Assembly: GCA_964452145.1 (NCBI GenBank)
Contig: CAYVLA010000008.1
Location: 1 to 64,000 of the forward strand
Source of the DNA: Candidatus Hadarchaeota archaeon
GTDB lineage: Archaea; CAYQAE01; CAYVLA01
Direction: 5' to 3'
DNA: 64,000 bases
Shown: positions 19,827 to 28,996 of the stretch, piece by piece
Numbering within the stretch: position 1 is the first letter of the stretch
Layout of the letters: every line of letters starts with the position of its first letter
The notes under the pieces: model-generated
Told to the model about the DNA's origin: nothing
The model's database searches: none
The model's input: the letters and a program-made list of their open reading frames with translations, nothing else
Program-made: the position numbers and the translations under genes

Positions 19827-20241
19827 CCTCCGCCAGGACCTCGGAGGCCCGAAGGCTACCGTGTTTCTGGTACAGCTTGATGATCAGGCCAAGCACGACG
19901 GCCATGGTCGCGGCCCCGATGACGATATTCGTTAGCACCAAGGCGTACGGAAGACAGAAGCCTGCTCTGTTGGCGAACTCCATCGCTGCGGCAGCCATGG
20001 TGCTGTTTTGGGCCCTGTAGAAGGCCTCCGTGAAGATCGGGACCACCGCACCGCCCGGGACCTCCAGGCGATAGCCCAGCGTGACCAGAAACAGGTTGAC
20101 GCCATCCGTGAGGAACATCATCCCGAGAACCTTCTTTATCAGGTTGTCGATGAAGAGGACTGCGACGATTCCGATGAGGATGAGGCTGATGGAGCCGAGG
20201 AAGGATGCCGTCTGGATGTTGATGAGACTCAACTCTCCCAC
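19810..20241 (-). CDS. ehbE: Ehb subunit E (MnhC-like)
   Basis: NLIKKV...GVNLFLV.LGY, P.ALVLTNIVIG. Confidence 0.85.
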   Translation of the reverse strand: MGELSLINIQTASFLGSISLILIGIVAVLFIDNLIKKVLGMMFLTDGVNLFLVTLGYRLEVPGGAVVPIFTEAFYRAQNSTMAAAAMEFANRAGFCLPYALVLTNIVIGAATMAVVLGLIIKLYQKHGSLRASEVLAEVGTSG

Positions 20242-20486
20242 CTGTTCGTCTTGTATACCGCTATGAACATCAAGGCCGGCAGAAGAGCCGAGGCCAATAT
20301 CGCCTGGGTAATGGCTACATCCGGGGCCAGAAGCCTCATGAACAGGACTGCCAGCGACAGGCCCTCGATGCCGCCGCCCACTATGACCGCCTTGTACAGA
20401 TCCCTTGGTATCAGGGAAAGTATGGCGATGGCGATTGACGCAACGATAAGGGCATACACGGGCAGATCGACAATGGGCACGCTCAT
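20229..20486 (-). CDS. ehbD: Ehb subunit D (DUF4040-like)
   Basis: LAPDVAITQA motif; ATGA overlap with ehbC. Confidence 0.8.
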   Translation of the reverse strand: MSVPIVDLPVYALIVASIAIAILSLIPRDLYKAVIVGGGIEGLSLAVLFMRLLAPDVAITQAILASALLPALMFIAVYKTNRWES

Positions 20487-20773
20487 TCTTCCCTGGCCTC
20501 CTTCGCCATGTGGTAGCGAGCGTTGGCTATGCTGTGGCCAGCAACGGGCATGAGCAAGAAGTAGGTCAGGGCCACCAGCGGATAATCCAGGACTAGGAGT
20601 ATGGCGATGCAAGAGACATCCACCACCCCTATTATGTGGATCCTGGCGTACAGGACGTTCTCCACGTCATCCTTGAAGCGCCAGAGTCCGACGCAGGCCA
20701 CCATGATGAGAATCGATCCGACCACCATCACCGTGCCCTGCACCATGGAAACCCACGGTGCCAGATCGATCAT
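20483..20773 (-). CDS. ehbC: Ehb subunit C (MnhG-like)
   Basis: GLWRF...YARIH..G..D, HSIANA. Confidence 0.8.
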   Translation of the reverse strand: MIDLAPWVSMVQGTVMVVGSILIMVACVGLWRFKDDVENVLYARIHIIGVVDVSCIAILLVLDYPLVALTYFLLMPVAGHSIANARYHMAKEAREE

Positions 20774-21063
20774 TCAAAGGTTCCCTCCCTCAGTATTCTG
20801 GCAAACATGATTATTCCGACGGCTCCGAAGACTATCAGGGCAAAAGTTATCTCCCTGGCGTAGGCGATATCGAACCATCGGCCGAGGAGAATCAAGGCAG
20901 TTCCCAGTGATATCGTTGCCACGTTCGCACCGACCAAGGAGGTCGTCGATCCCTTTCTGGCAACGAGACGTGCGCCGGTGAGGAATGCGATCGACAGAGC
21001 GAAGAAGAGCAGGTACATCCCAACGTTGAACACATGTCCACTTAGCTCTTCCAGGGCCATCAT
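20770..21063 (-). CDS. ehbB: Ehb subunit B (MnhF-like)
   Basis: 3-TM protein with G.VG...FAR ending; operon position. Confidence 0.7.
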   Translation of the reverse strand: MMALEELSGHVFNVGMYLLFFALSIAFLTGARLVARKGSTTSLVGANVATISLGTALILLGRWFDIAYAREITFALIVFGAVGIIMFARILREGTFE

Positions 21064-21067
21064 CTCT

Positions 21068-21379
21068 TCACTCCAGCATTCCCTTGATGTACTTCTCGAA
21101 GGGAATGACGTCCTCCCTTGATCTGGGCGTTAACACGGCCACGCGGAGCTTTCTGTTTGCGTTGTCGACACCCACCGTCAGGGTGCCGGGAGTCAAAGTT
21201 ATGCTGTTGGCCAGAACGATCTGGCTGACCTCCTTGGTGAGCACGGTTTCTATCTCGACCACGGTTGGCTCGACCCTTCCCTTCAGGCACAATGAGGCAG
21301 TATTGACAGCTGAACGTACCATGTTCCAGGCCAGATCCAGAAGATACGCAATCCCGAAAAACAGGCGCAGCAGGAACAT
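21068..21379 (-). CDS. ehbA: Ehb subunit A (MnhE-like)
   Basis: LANSITLTPGTLTV motif. Confidence 0.85.
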   Translation of the reverse strand: MFLLRLFFGIAYLLDLAWNMVRSAVNTASLCLKGRVEPTVVEIETVLTKEVSQIVLANSITLTPGTLTVGVDNANRKLRVAVLTPRSREDVIPFEKYIKGMLE

Positions 21380-21744
21380 CGACGTACCACGAGCCCGAGA
21401 TTCTTCCAGAGGCCCGTTCGAAGTGGTCTAATAAATCTTTGGCCTAAAGCCTCAAGCCCCCTCAAGCCGCAGGTTCCAGTCCAGTGTCTACGCCAAGCTC
21501 GATCTCCCCCCGATCCGGATGAAGGCTGCCTACGCGATCGAAGCCCCGGCAGAGCTAGGTACGTACTTGTTACATTTAGCCAGCCGTGAGGTTGGGCTCG
21601 TATCCCATGAGCCGTGAACTCGCTGGTCGCGCCCTCGGGCCGGTGTTGCAGATCGACCTGGAGGGCAGCTTGAGCGGAAAGGGTTGGCCTTTCGCAAAGA
21701 ATTTATACCGATCTGTCTATGCGGTACGGCAAGAAGGGGCTTAC

Positions 21745-22548
21745 GTGGACCCGAAGGAACTCCTGAGGCGATACAAAGAGGGCAGAATCTCCGAGGAGGA
21801 TCTCATCCACAACCTGAAGCTGGATCATATCCAGGCCTTGGAGGACAAGCTCAGGTACGACCTGTGCAGGGAAGCCCGATCGGGATTCCCGGAAGCGGTC
21901 CTAGGCCTCAGCAAGACTGCAGAGGATGTCTCGTCGATCCTCAGAGTCGTGATGACCCAAAAAGACGTCATATTCGTGACCAAGCTCGACCCCGACAAGA
22001 TGCAGGCGATTAGACAGATTCTCTCGGCCAAGAAGGGCCTCATGAAGGAGATCGACTTGGAGTATCACGCCGATCCTCGCCTCCTGGTTGTCAGGAGGGG
22101 AAAAGTCCGGGTCGCGCCCCTTGGCTGTTGTGTCGGGATAGTGGCGGGGGGAACGTCCGATGTCCCCGTGGCTGAGGAGGCCCGGGTGACATGTGAAGAA
22201 TCCGGGCTTAAGACGGTCCCTGCCTACGATGTCGGAGTCGCCGGCCTTCACCGGCTCCTGGCCCCCCTGAGACGAATGCTTGAGGAGGATGTGGATGTCT
22301 TCATAGTGGTGGCGGGCATGGAAGGAGCTCTTCCATCGGTGGTGAAGGGCCTTGTGGACGTCCCAGTCATAGGGGTACCGACCTCGATCGGCTATGGGTA
22401 CAGGTCTGGCGAGTCAGCCCTGATCGCAATGTTGAATTCCTGCGTGCCCGGACTGGTGGTTGCGAACATCGACAACGGCTTCGGGGCGGCTGCCGCGGCC
22501 TATCTGATATGTTTGAGGATAAGCAGGCAGAGGGCGAAGGAACGATGA
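21745..22548 (+). CDS. larB: Nickel-pincer cofactor biosynthesis protein LarB (AIR carboxylase family)
   Basis: R..RSGFPEAV, AGGTSDVPVAEEA, DVGVAGLHR, AGMEGALPSVV, VPTSIGYG, NIDNGFGAA. Confidence 0.9.
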   Translation: MDPKELLRRYKEGRISEEDLIHNLKLDHIQALEDKLRYDLCREARSGFPEAVLGLSKTAEDVSSILRVVMTQKDVIFVTKLDPDKMQAIRQILSAKKGLMKEIDLEYHADPRLLVVRRGKVRVAPLGCCVGIVAGGTSDVPVAEEARVTCEESGLKTVPAYDVGVAGLHRLLAPLRRMLEEDVDVFIVVAGMEGALPSVVKGLVDVPVIGVPTSIGYGYRSGESALIAMLNSCVPGLVVANIDNGFGAAAAAYLICLRISRQRAKER

Positions 22549-23354
22549 CGACGCTCAACGGCGTGCTGGTGATAGTGGCCCACCCTGATGACATGGAGTT
22601 CATGGCGGGGGGAACGGTGTGCAGGATGGCTCAGGAGGGAGCCAAGATATCCGAACTCGTCATCACCAAGGGCGACAGAGGATCGTTTGAACTGGAGGGG
22701 GAGGATCTGGCTCGCAGGCGAAGGAGGGAGGCCATGAGCTCGGCCAAGGTCCTCGGACTGGAGTCGGTATTCTTCCTAGATTATCCTGATGGCATGCTTG
22801 CGGACATCAGGTTCAACGAGATCAGGGAAAGAGTCATGGCTCGAATCAGGCACGACAGACCGAACGCCATAATGACTTGGGATCCCTTCGCGCCCTATGA
22901 GACTCACCCCGACCACAGGATTACGGGGATGGCGGCAACGGAGGCTGCAGGTTTTTCCCATCTGCCGCTCTTCCACCCGGACCAGCTAGGCCGCGCGGCA
23001 AGGCCTCCGGCCGTGGCCAAGACCTATTACTTCGCCAAGCATCCCGTCAACGCCGACCATGTAGTCGATATCTCGGACCAGATTGAGAGGAAGATCGAAG
23101 CCCTCTGCTGCCATCGAACCCAGATGGAGTTTCTGCTTGCGGGCATGGTCGACACGGCCAAGGCCAGGTCGGGCCATGCCCCCCACGGGATTGACCCCAA
23201 GGACTACAGGCCGGTCATCGAGGCCATCGTCAGGAAGCGTGATGCCCTGGTCGGCAAACGGATAGGTGCCAGTTACGGGGAGCAGTTCCGTCTCTCAGAG
23301 CCCCAGGAGCTGAAGGGCTTCCTGGAACTGGAGCACGGTAACGGAAAACCTTAA
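22545..23354 (+). CDS. PIG-L/LmbE family deacetylase
   Basis: AHPDD, R..E, HPDH, KIEAL..H.TQ. Confidence 0.88.
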   Translation: MTTLNGVLVIVAHPDDMEFMAGGTVCRMAQEGAKISELVITKGDRGSFELEGEDLARRRRREAMSSAKVLGLESVFFLDYPDGMLADIRFNEIRERVMARIRHDRPNAIMTWDPFAPYETHPDHRITGMAATEAAGFSHLPLFHPDQLGRAARPPAVAKTYYFAKHPVNADHVVDISDQIERKIEALCCHRTQMEFLLAGMVDTAKARSGHAPHGIDPKDYRPVIEAIVRKRDALVGKRIGASYGEQFRLSEPQELKGFLELEHGNGKP

Positions 23355-23383
23355 TCAGACTCGTTCAACCGATTGCCTCGGCG

Positions 23384-25729
23384 ATGCCTATCGAGATCTA
23401 CCTCGAGGAGGAAGCTCCGGAATACTTGGCTAGATCCGCCAAGGACTTGGCCGAGTACCTCGGCAGATCGATATCTACCCAGGTCTACGCGAAGCCCCTG
23501 CCCGGGTCCGATGCCGAGCCTGGCATATGGGTCGGCAGGACGCCGGCCTCGGACAAGCTGAAGGATCGGATGGAGGAGCTGGGCCCCGACGGCTATCTGC
23601 TCTGGGGAGACGGCAACCAGCTGGTCATCTGCGGCAAGACGCACTATGGCACCGCCAACGGGATCTACTCTTTCCTGCAGAGGTTCCTGGGGATTAGATG
23701 GTTCATGCCGGGGAGACTGTTCGAGTTCGTGCCCAGGCACGAGGGCTTCAAGCTGCCGGTTGTCGAGGAGATCTCAGAGCCCAGCTTCTCGTTCAGGATG
23801 TTCAGCGGCCTCCAAGGCGAGGAAGGCTCGGATTGGTCTCGGAGGAACCTTCTGAGCAGGGCGAGGCCCGAGCTCATCTACGGGGCCCTTGGACACAATC
23901 TTTTCCGCGTATTTCCACCCGAGGAGTTCGGCCGGCACCACCCCGAGATCTATTCGCTGATCCATGGACAACGCATAACCGACCAGAGCTCCCACAGAGG
24001 CCAGCCGTGTTTCTCCAACCCATCGGTCGCCGAGATAGCCATCTCCAAGTTGCGGGAGCACTTCGATGCCAACCCCGATTCCTCGGCCTTCTCCCTCTCG
24101 GTCAACGACAACATGGATTTCTGTCAGTGCGATGACTGCGCGAGTTTCGGTGTTCGCAGATTCAGAGGCAGGCCCATATACTCCAACGCGTACTTCCACT
24201 TCGTGAATCGGGTTGCCAGAGAGATCCTAGAGACTCATCCTGACAAGTTCATTGGGGCACTGGCGTACTGGGGAGTGGAGTTGCCTCCGCAACAGATAAA
24301 GGCCCTTCCGAGCAATGTGATCATCTTCCTCACCCAAGACACAAGCCAGCACCACGACTCGCAATACAGGGAGGAGGACCGCGGAATACTGCAGGAATGG
24401 ACACGCAAGTGCAACCATCTCGTCAAGTATGACTACTACGGCCTGGGCTGGCTTGCTCCCCGCTACTTCCCCGGGCTCTCGTCGGAGGACTTGGTCTTCC
24501 TCAGGGATTCGGGAGGGATCGGATTTTACAGCGAAGCCTATCCATTCTGGCCCAACATTGCCCCCCAGATATACATGGCCGCCCAGCTGATGTGGAACGT
24601 TAGGCGGGACCCCAGGGAACTGCTCGATGAGTTCTTCGCCTTCCTCTCGCCGGTGACCGAGGAGGTGGCAGGGTTCTACGAGGTCCTCGAGAAGTCCTGG
24701 CTGAGGAGGAGGCCGGGAGGATGGTTCGAAGGGTTTGAGGACCTGCCCGAGGAGCTCAAGGTCATGACCCTTGAGGAGGCCAATGACGCGTGGGCACTGA
24801 TCACAAAGGCCCATCAGGAGTCGACTGGCAATTGCCGGAAACGGGTGGAATTCCTCCGGGACGGCTTCGAACTCTCCTACAGACTGATCAGAGGCTACCG
24901 GATAGGAAGCCAGCTAAGGTTCCTCCCCGTGGCAGGGGACGGCGACGTTGAGGCAGGACTGGCCCTGTTGAATGAACTCTGGGAATGCCACGCCCGCATC
25001 GAATGCGTCCACAGGGAAGCCATCGCCCCCAGCGACCACTACCACACGATCTACTTCAAGGACGACAGGTTCGCCAGAAAGCTTCTGGCCTGGGAGGGCA
25101 TGGCAAAGGCCTCTTGCCTGGTGTGGCTCGAAACCGCCTACAGATACCTCATCGGCGAGCCTGCCCGCTGGAACAACCTGATCAAGAGGTTGCCCCGAAC
25201 CCTGACTCGGCCGGCTGCGAGCATCGCCCGATCGGCCGAACTCAACGAGCTCTTGGTGGAGTGCGGGTTGGAGACCGCCATGCCCGCGGAGGCGGGAAGC
25301 GAAGGATATGGGATGATGAGGTGGCAGATCTCCGGAGGGGAAGAGAGAGAATGCACCGTGGACCCAAGTTTCTCGCATTCCGGGAACAGGTCCCTTCGAT
25401 TCGAAAGCCGGGGATGGAGCCGCCTGTCCATCTACCTTCCGGTCAAACCCGGGTCGGAGTACCTCGTCGGTGCATGGTGCTATGCGGACCTGTTGAGCAG
25501 GAAGAAGTCGCCCAAGATGGATCTGACTTTCTGCTCGGGCCAGGGCCCACATCCGGGACGGATTGCCTCCTCAGACGTGGTCCAAGCCTCGGGGGAATGG
25601 CAGAGGCTTATGGCTCTGGTCAGGGCGCCTGACGGCGGAGGGTTCATGGGGGTACACTTCGTGGTGAATAACGAGCCCGAGAGGATCTGGATCGACGATG
25701 TCTCCGTTCGCGAGGTGGGTGAGACCTGA
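23384..25729 (+). CDS. DUF4838-like protein with GH20/GH67-type N-terminal domain and C-terminal carbohydrate-binding-like domain
   Basis: GT.NGIY.FL...LG.RW..PG, HPEIYSL, QPCFSNP, ND...FCQCDDC, C-terminal IWIDDVSV. Confidence 0.72.
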   Translation: MPIEIYLEEEAPEYLARSAKDLAEYLGRSISTQVYAKPLPGSDAEPGIWVGRTPASDKLKDRMEELGPDGYLLWGDGNQLVICGKTHYGTANGIYSFLQRFLGIRWFMPGRLFEFVPRHEGFKLPVVEEISEPSFSFRMFSGLQGEEGSDWSRRNLLSRARPELIYGALGHNLFRVFPPEEFGRHHPEIYSLIHGQRITDQSSHRGQPCFSNPSVAEIAISKLREHFDANPDSSAFSLSVNDNMDFCQCDDCASFGVRRFRGRPIYSNAYFHFVNRVAREILETHPDKFIGALAYWGVELPPQQIKALPSNVIIFLTQDTSQHHDSQYREEDRGILQEWTRKCNHLVKYDYYGLGWLAPRYFPGLSSEDLVFLRDSGGIGFYSEAYPFWPNIAPQIYMAAQLMWNVRRDPRELLDEFFAFLSPVTEEVAGFYEVLEKSWLRRRPGGWFEGFEDLPEELKVMTLEEANDAWALITKAHQESTGNCRKRVEFLRDGFELSYRLIRGYRIGSQLRFLPVAGDGDVEAGLALLNELWECHARIECVHREAIAPSDHYHTIYFKDDRFARKLLAWEGMAKASCLVWLETAYRYLIGEPARWNNLIKRLPRTLTRPAASIARSAELNELLVECGLETAMPAEAGSEGYGMMRWQISGGEERECTVDPSFSHSGNRSLRFESRGWSRLSIYLPVKPGSEYLVGAWCYADLLSRKKSPKMDLTFCSGQGPHPGRIASSDVVQASGEWQRLMALVRAPDGGGFMGVHFVVNNEPERIWIDDVSVREVGET

Positions 25730-25730
25730 A

Positions 25731-26594
25731 ATGTTTCCCAAAGCCGTGAGGGAGATCGATCTCCACGTCCACGCGGGACAGGAACGACAGATGCCTATGC
25801 AGCAGATGGTCCAGACCTTCATCGACCTCGGAGTCCACTTCCTGGGCCTTCTTGATCACTCAGAACTCTACGAAATGGGCAATGAGGCCCTGAGGGCCCA
25901 ACACGGACAGGTCGTCTATGACAGCTCGGCCGGGGGGCTGTTGGAGTTCTACCTCGAGGTCGAGCGGATGAAGCGCCTCTTCCCCGCTGCATCGATATAC
26001 AAGGGGTTGGAGATCGGTGAGTGGGACCTCTTTCACGTGGATAGTGGATTCCTCGACCGGGCCGACTTTGTTGGTTGCCACATGAACACCAGCTGCCACG
26101 ACCCGAACTATAGGCACTTTGAGCCCGTAACCTGTGGCGAGCACCTAACGCGGAGGGCCAAGGAGCTTCTCACCATCTGCAAGCCGGAGGACAAACCGGC
26201 AGTGCTCTTCCATCCCTTCCACCGAAGGCTCCAAGAACTCAGAGCCAAGATAGGGTCAGACGATGCTCTTGGAGAGGCTTCCCTGCTCACGGACGAGGAT
26301 GTGGACACGCTCGCGAACGGAGTTGACCGAGACAACCTCTGCATCGAGCTGAACTTTGGGGACCTGTACACGGCTGCGACCCACCCGGAGCTGCTTGAGT
26401 TGTTAGGCCGCGTGTGTCACCGGTTAAGGGACGCCGGGTTTCCTTTCAGCCTGGGGAGTGACTACCACATCACGCCAAAGGCGTTTCGCGACCCAACCGA
26501 TCTGGTAGCCTCCCTCGGCATGAAGCTGGAGGACTTCGGCTTGGTGCAGATGCTGATTGCCCGACCTTCCACATCTACATCTACGCAATCTTAA
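25731..26594 (+). CDS. PHP-domain metal-dependent hydrolase
   Basis: DLHVH, LDHSE, GLEI, FHP, ELN, GSDYH. Confidence 0.75.
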   Translation: MFPKAVREIDLHVHAGQERQMPMQQMVQTFIDLGVHFLGLLDHSELYEMGNEALRAQHGQVVYDSSAGGLLEFYLEVERMKRLFPAASIYKGLEIGEWDLFHVDSGFLDRADFVGCHMNTSCHDPNYRHFEPVTCGEHLTRRAKELLTICKPEDKPAVLFHPFHRRLQELRAKIGSDDALGEASLLTDEDVDTLANGVDRDNLCIELNFGDLYTAATHPELLELLGRVCHRLRDAGFPFSLGSDYHITPKAFRDPTDLVASLGMKLEDFGLVQMLIARPSTSTSTQS

Positions 26595-26620
26595 TTAGAC
26601 CCCTGGGACGGGAGGTCGAG

Positions 26621-27199
26621 GTGCTCAGCAGATACCGGCAGCGGATAAACGCCCAGTTCGAGCGGTTAGCGATCAGGGCATCGTTCGTTCCGCCCAACAT
26701 CATCACCGTCACTAGCCTTGTTTTGTCGTTGCTGACGGGGTATGTCTTCTACCTGAAGGCTCTCCAGATCGCCGGACTGATGCTGTTGGTTTCCGGAGGC
26801 CTAGATGCAATGGACGGTGCCGTGGCTAGGGTCTCGGGGCGCACGTCCCGCTTCGGCGGTTTTCTGGATTCCACCTTTGACCGCATATCGGACTTCGCAG
26901 TGCTGGGGGGGATCGCGTTTTCCGAGATCGTTGATTGGAGGATCGTACTCATCGCGGCCTTCGGATCCTTCATGGTGCCGTACTGTCGAGCCAGGGGCGA
27001 GGCAGCGGGATCCAAGAACATGGCGGTCGGGATTGCCGAACGTGCGGAGAGATCCCTCATCCTCGTGGTCGCGAGCATCATCCATCCGCTCATCGGTCAG
27101 GCAAACATCCTAGAGTGGGCCGTGGCAATCACGGGAGTCCTCGCGTGGGTCACGGTGACGCAGAGGATCAACGCAGCGAGAAAGACTCTTGCGGGCTAG
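26621..27199 (+). CDS. pgsA: CDP-alcohol phosphatidyltransferase (archaetidylinositol-phosphate synthase-like)
   Basis: PN.IT, DAMDGAVAR...TS.FGGFLDSTFDRISD, GIAERAER. Confidence 0.85.
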   Translation: MLSRYRQRINAQFERLAIRASFVPPNIITVTSLVLSLLTGYVFYLKALQIAGLMLLVSGGLDAMDGAVARVSGRTSRFGGFLDSTFDRISDFAVLGGIAFSEIVDWRIVLIAAFGSFMVPYCRARGEAAGSKNMAVGIAERAERSLILVVASIIHPLIGQANILEWAVAITGVLAWVTVTQRINAARKTLAG

Positions 27200-27219
27200 A
27201 GCTGGCGGGATTGGACGAA

Positions 27220-27364
27220 CCGGCAGCGACCCTTGCTTCCCGAGGGGTCGCCCACCTCAGTACAACAAGGAACGCATGCCTGCTTAACTTCCGGGTTCGG
27301 ATTTCTCCTTCCTCGTTGACGAGAAGTATGAGACCGGGTGTTTCCAGGCCGCTATGACCGCCGG
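27220..27364 (-). rRNA. rrf: 5S rRNA, stand-alone, with a 26-nt insertion in loop C (119 nt after removal)
   Basis: Reverse complement: CCGGCGGTCATAGCGGCCTGGAAACACCCGGTCTCAT[26 nt]TCCGAACCCGGAAGTTAAGCAGGCATGCGTTCCTTGTTGTACTGAGGTGGGCGACCCCTCGGGAAGCAAGGGTCGCTGCCGG. Helices I-V, the helix II bulged A, loop E and the GNRA tetraloop all fold; ends approximate. Confidence 0.95.
27302..27327 (-). other. Putative BHB (tRNA-endonuclease-type) intron inside the 5S rRNA
   Basis: ACTTCTCGTCAACGAGGAAGGAGAAA; CGG|TCTC|ATA|CTTC pairs with GAAG|GAGA|AAT|CCG. Confidence 0.85.
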
Positions 27365-27407
27365 CTCGTTGTCCCCTCGCCAGCCTCGTACTATCGAGTC
27401 GCCCGCA

Positions 27408-27415
27408 TTAAAAAT
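27408..27415 (-). promoter_or_regulatory. TATA box of the 5S rRNA gene
   Basis: TTTTTAAT on the - strand, about 25 nt upstream of the start of the processing stem (27384). Confidence 0.55.
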
Positions 27416-27543
27416 GTAACCGCCAGCTGCGATGTGACCATGGACCCGCCGCATCGAGCCACCGGCCCTAGCCCGGGGGATGGGGGATCCTCGTCTCTGA
27501 ACCGAGGCAAGAGGTTTAAGCGACCGGCGCCTTCCTGGGGCAC

Positions 27544-28425
27544 ATGGGCGAAGCGGGGATTTCCCTGGATCCGACTGTCGAAGGCAGGCTCAGGAAGGCT
27601 CAGCGAAACGAGATAACCGAATACCAAGTGTATTCGAGACTGGCGGAATCCACGCGCGATCCGCGCAACAAGGAAGTCCTGGAGCAGGTAGGTGCGGACG
27701 AACTCAAGCACTATGAGTTACTTGGAAGATATACAGGAAGAGAGATCCGCCCCAGCAGGGCCCGCGTGCTCGGATACGTGATGTTGTCGAGGATCTTCGG
27801 ACTGACGTTCGGACTGAAGCTGATGGAGAAGGGAGAGGCACGGGCCCAAGAGTTCTACGGAGCGCTGGCTCGCTCGATTCCCGAAATCAGCGCCATAGGC
27901 TCGGACGAGGACGAGCATGAGACTCAGCTTCTGGGTCTCCTTGACGAAGAAAGGCTCAGATACGTCAGCTCCATCGTCCTCGGGCTGAACGACGCCCTCG
28001 TTGAGCTCACCGGCGCCCTGGCCGGTTTCTCCTTGGCCCTTAGAGACACGCGCCTGGTCGCGGCGACCGGGTTGATCACCGGCATAGCCGCATCCCTGTC
28101 CATGGCCACATCCGAGTACCTTTCGACCAAGTCGGAGGCTGACGGAAAGAGCCCCGGGCGCGCCTCGATATACACCGGCACCGCGTACGTCCTCACCGTC
28201 ATCTTCCTTATCTTCCCTTTCCTAGTCCTGACCAGAGTCTACGCGGCCCTCACCGTTTCCATACTGAACGCCATACTGGTCATCTTCATCTTCACCTTCT
28301 ACGTCTCCGTTGCGAGGGATTTGTCTTTCAGGGGGCGATTCCTCGAGATGGCTGGAATAAGTCTCGGCGTCGCGGCTTTGACCTTTGGGATCGGATACCT
28401 GGTCAGTGCCTTGCTTGGGGTCTGA
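27544..28425 (+). CDS. Rubrerythrin/ferritin-like plus VIT1/CCC1 iron transporter
   Basis: N-terminal E..Y, DE.KH, E.GE, DE.EHE; C-terminal VLGLNDALVEL, SLSMA.SEYLS. Confidence 0.88.
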   Translation: MGEAGISLDPTVEGRLRKAQRNEITEYQVYSRLAESTRDPRNKEVLEQVGADELKHYELLGRYTGREIRPSRARVLGYVMLSRIFGLTFGLKLMEKGEARAQEFYGALARSIPEISAIGSDEDEHETQLLGLLDEERLRYVSSIVLGLNDALVELTGALAGFSLALRDTRLVAATGLITGIAASLSMATSEYLSTKSEADGKSPGRASIYTGTAYVLTVIFLIFPFLVLTRVYAALTVSILNAILVIFIFTFYVSVARDLSFRGRFLEMAGISLGVAALTFGIGYLVSALLGV

Positions 28426-28519
28426 GGGCGCCTGATCGTGTTCTGCAACTAGTCTGTACACTGCACCTACGCGGAAAGAGATTTCACTTCGGAGTGGGCA
28501 GAGGCCGTCGAGGATCGAT

Positions 28520-28996
28520 ATGCGGAGAAATACTGTGATCGCCCTGGTCATCGTCCTCTCCCTCTCCAGCCTCGGGTGCCTGATACAGGGGCAGTTGAGG
28601 CTCAGCTCCATCGCTCTGGCATCTGAGTTCTACGGCCCGGGGAACTTCACGATCGTTGAGGGCGATGTACTAGGCGATGACCAAACAGCCATCTTCTACG
28701 TCGAGGTCAGGGGATTCCAGACAAGGAGGATCGGCCGCGGATACGAGTTCTGGGTCAGCATGGGCGTAACGATTGCAGACGACGAGGGAAACCTCTATGT
28801 TGAGAGGATGAATGAGAAGGAGATACACGTCACCAACGCTACCGAGAGGCCGGGCATGGTCTACTACAAGTACGCATGGTACACCGGCAATCTCTTCATC
28901 GGCGGCAGGTACTGGGTAACCATCACGGCGACCGACAGGCTGGCCGACAGGGTCGCCGAGTCCCGCAAGGAGTTCTGGGTGGACCTAGACAAGTGA
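28520..28996 (+). CDS. Secreted/lipoprotein hypothetical protein (beta-rich)
   Basis: Signal peptide ending SLGC; G.Y.VTITATD beta-strand pattern. Confidence 0.7.
   Translation: MRRNTVIALVIVLSLSSLGCLIQGQLRLSSIALASEFYGPGNFTIVEGDVLGDDQTAIFYVEVRGFQTRRIGRGYEFWVSMGVTIADDEGNLYVERMNEKEIHVTNATERPGMVYYKYAWYTGNLFIGGRYWVTITATDRLADRVAESRKEFWVDLDK

Larger units (their letters stand above)
27201..27384 (-). other. Pre-5S processing stem containing a second BHB motif
   Basis: Leader GCTGGCG(A)GG|GGAC|AAC|GAG pairs with trailer TTC|GTCC|AAT|CCCGCCAGC. Confidence 0.8.

Noticed and set aside
27231..27251. GC hairpin after pgsA as a terminator
   Set aside because: Lies within the 5S rRNA on the opposite strand
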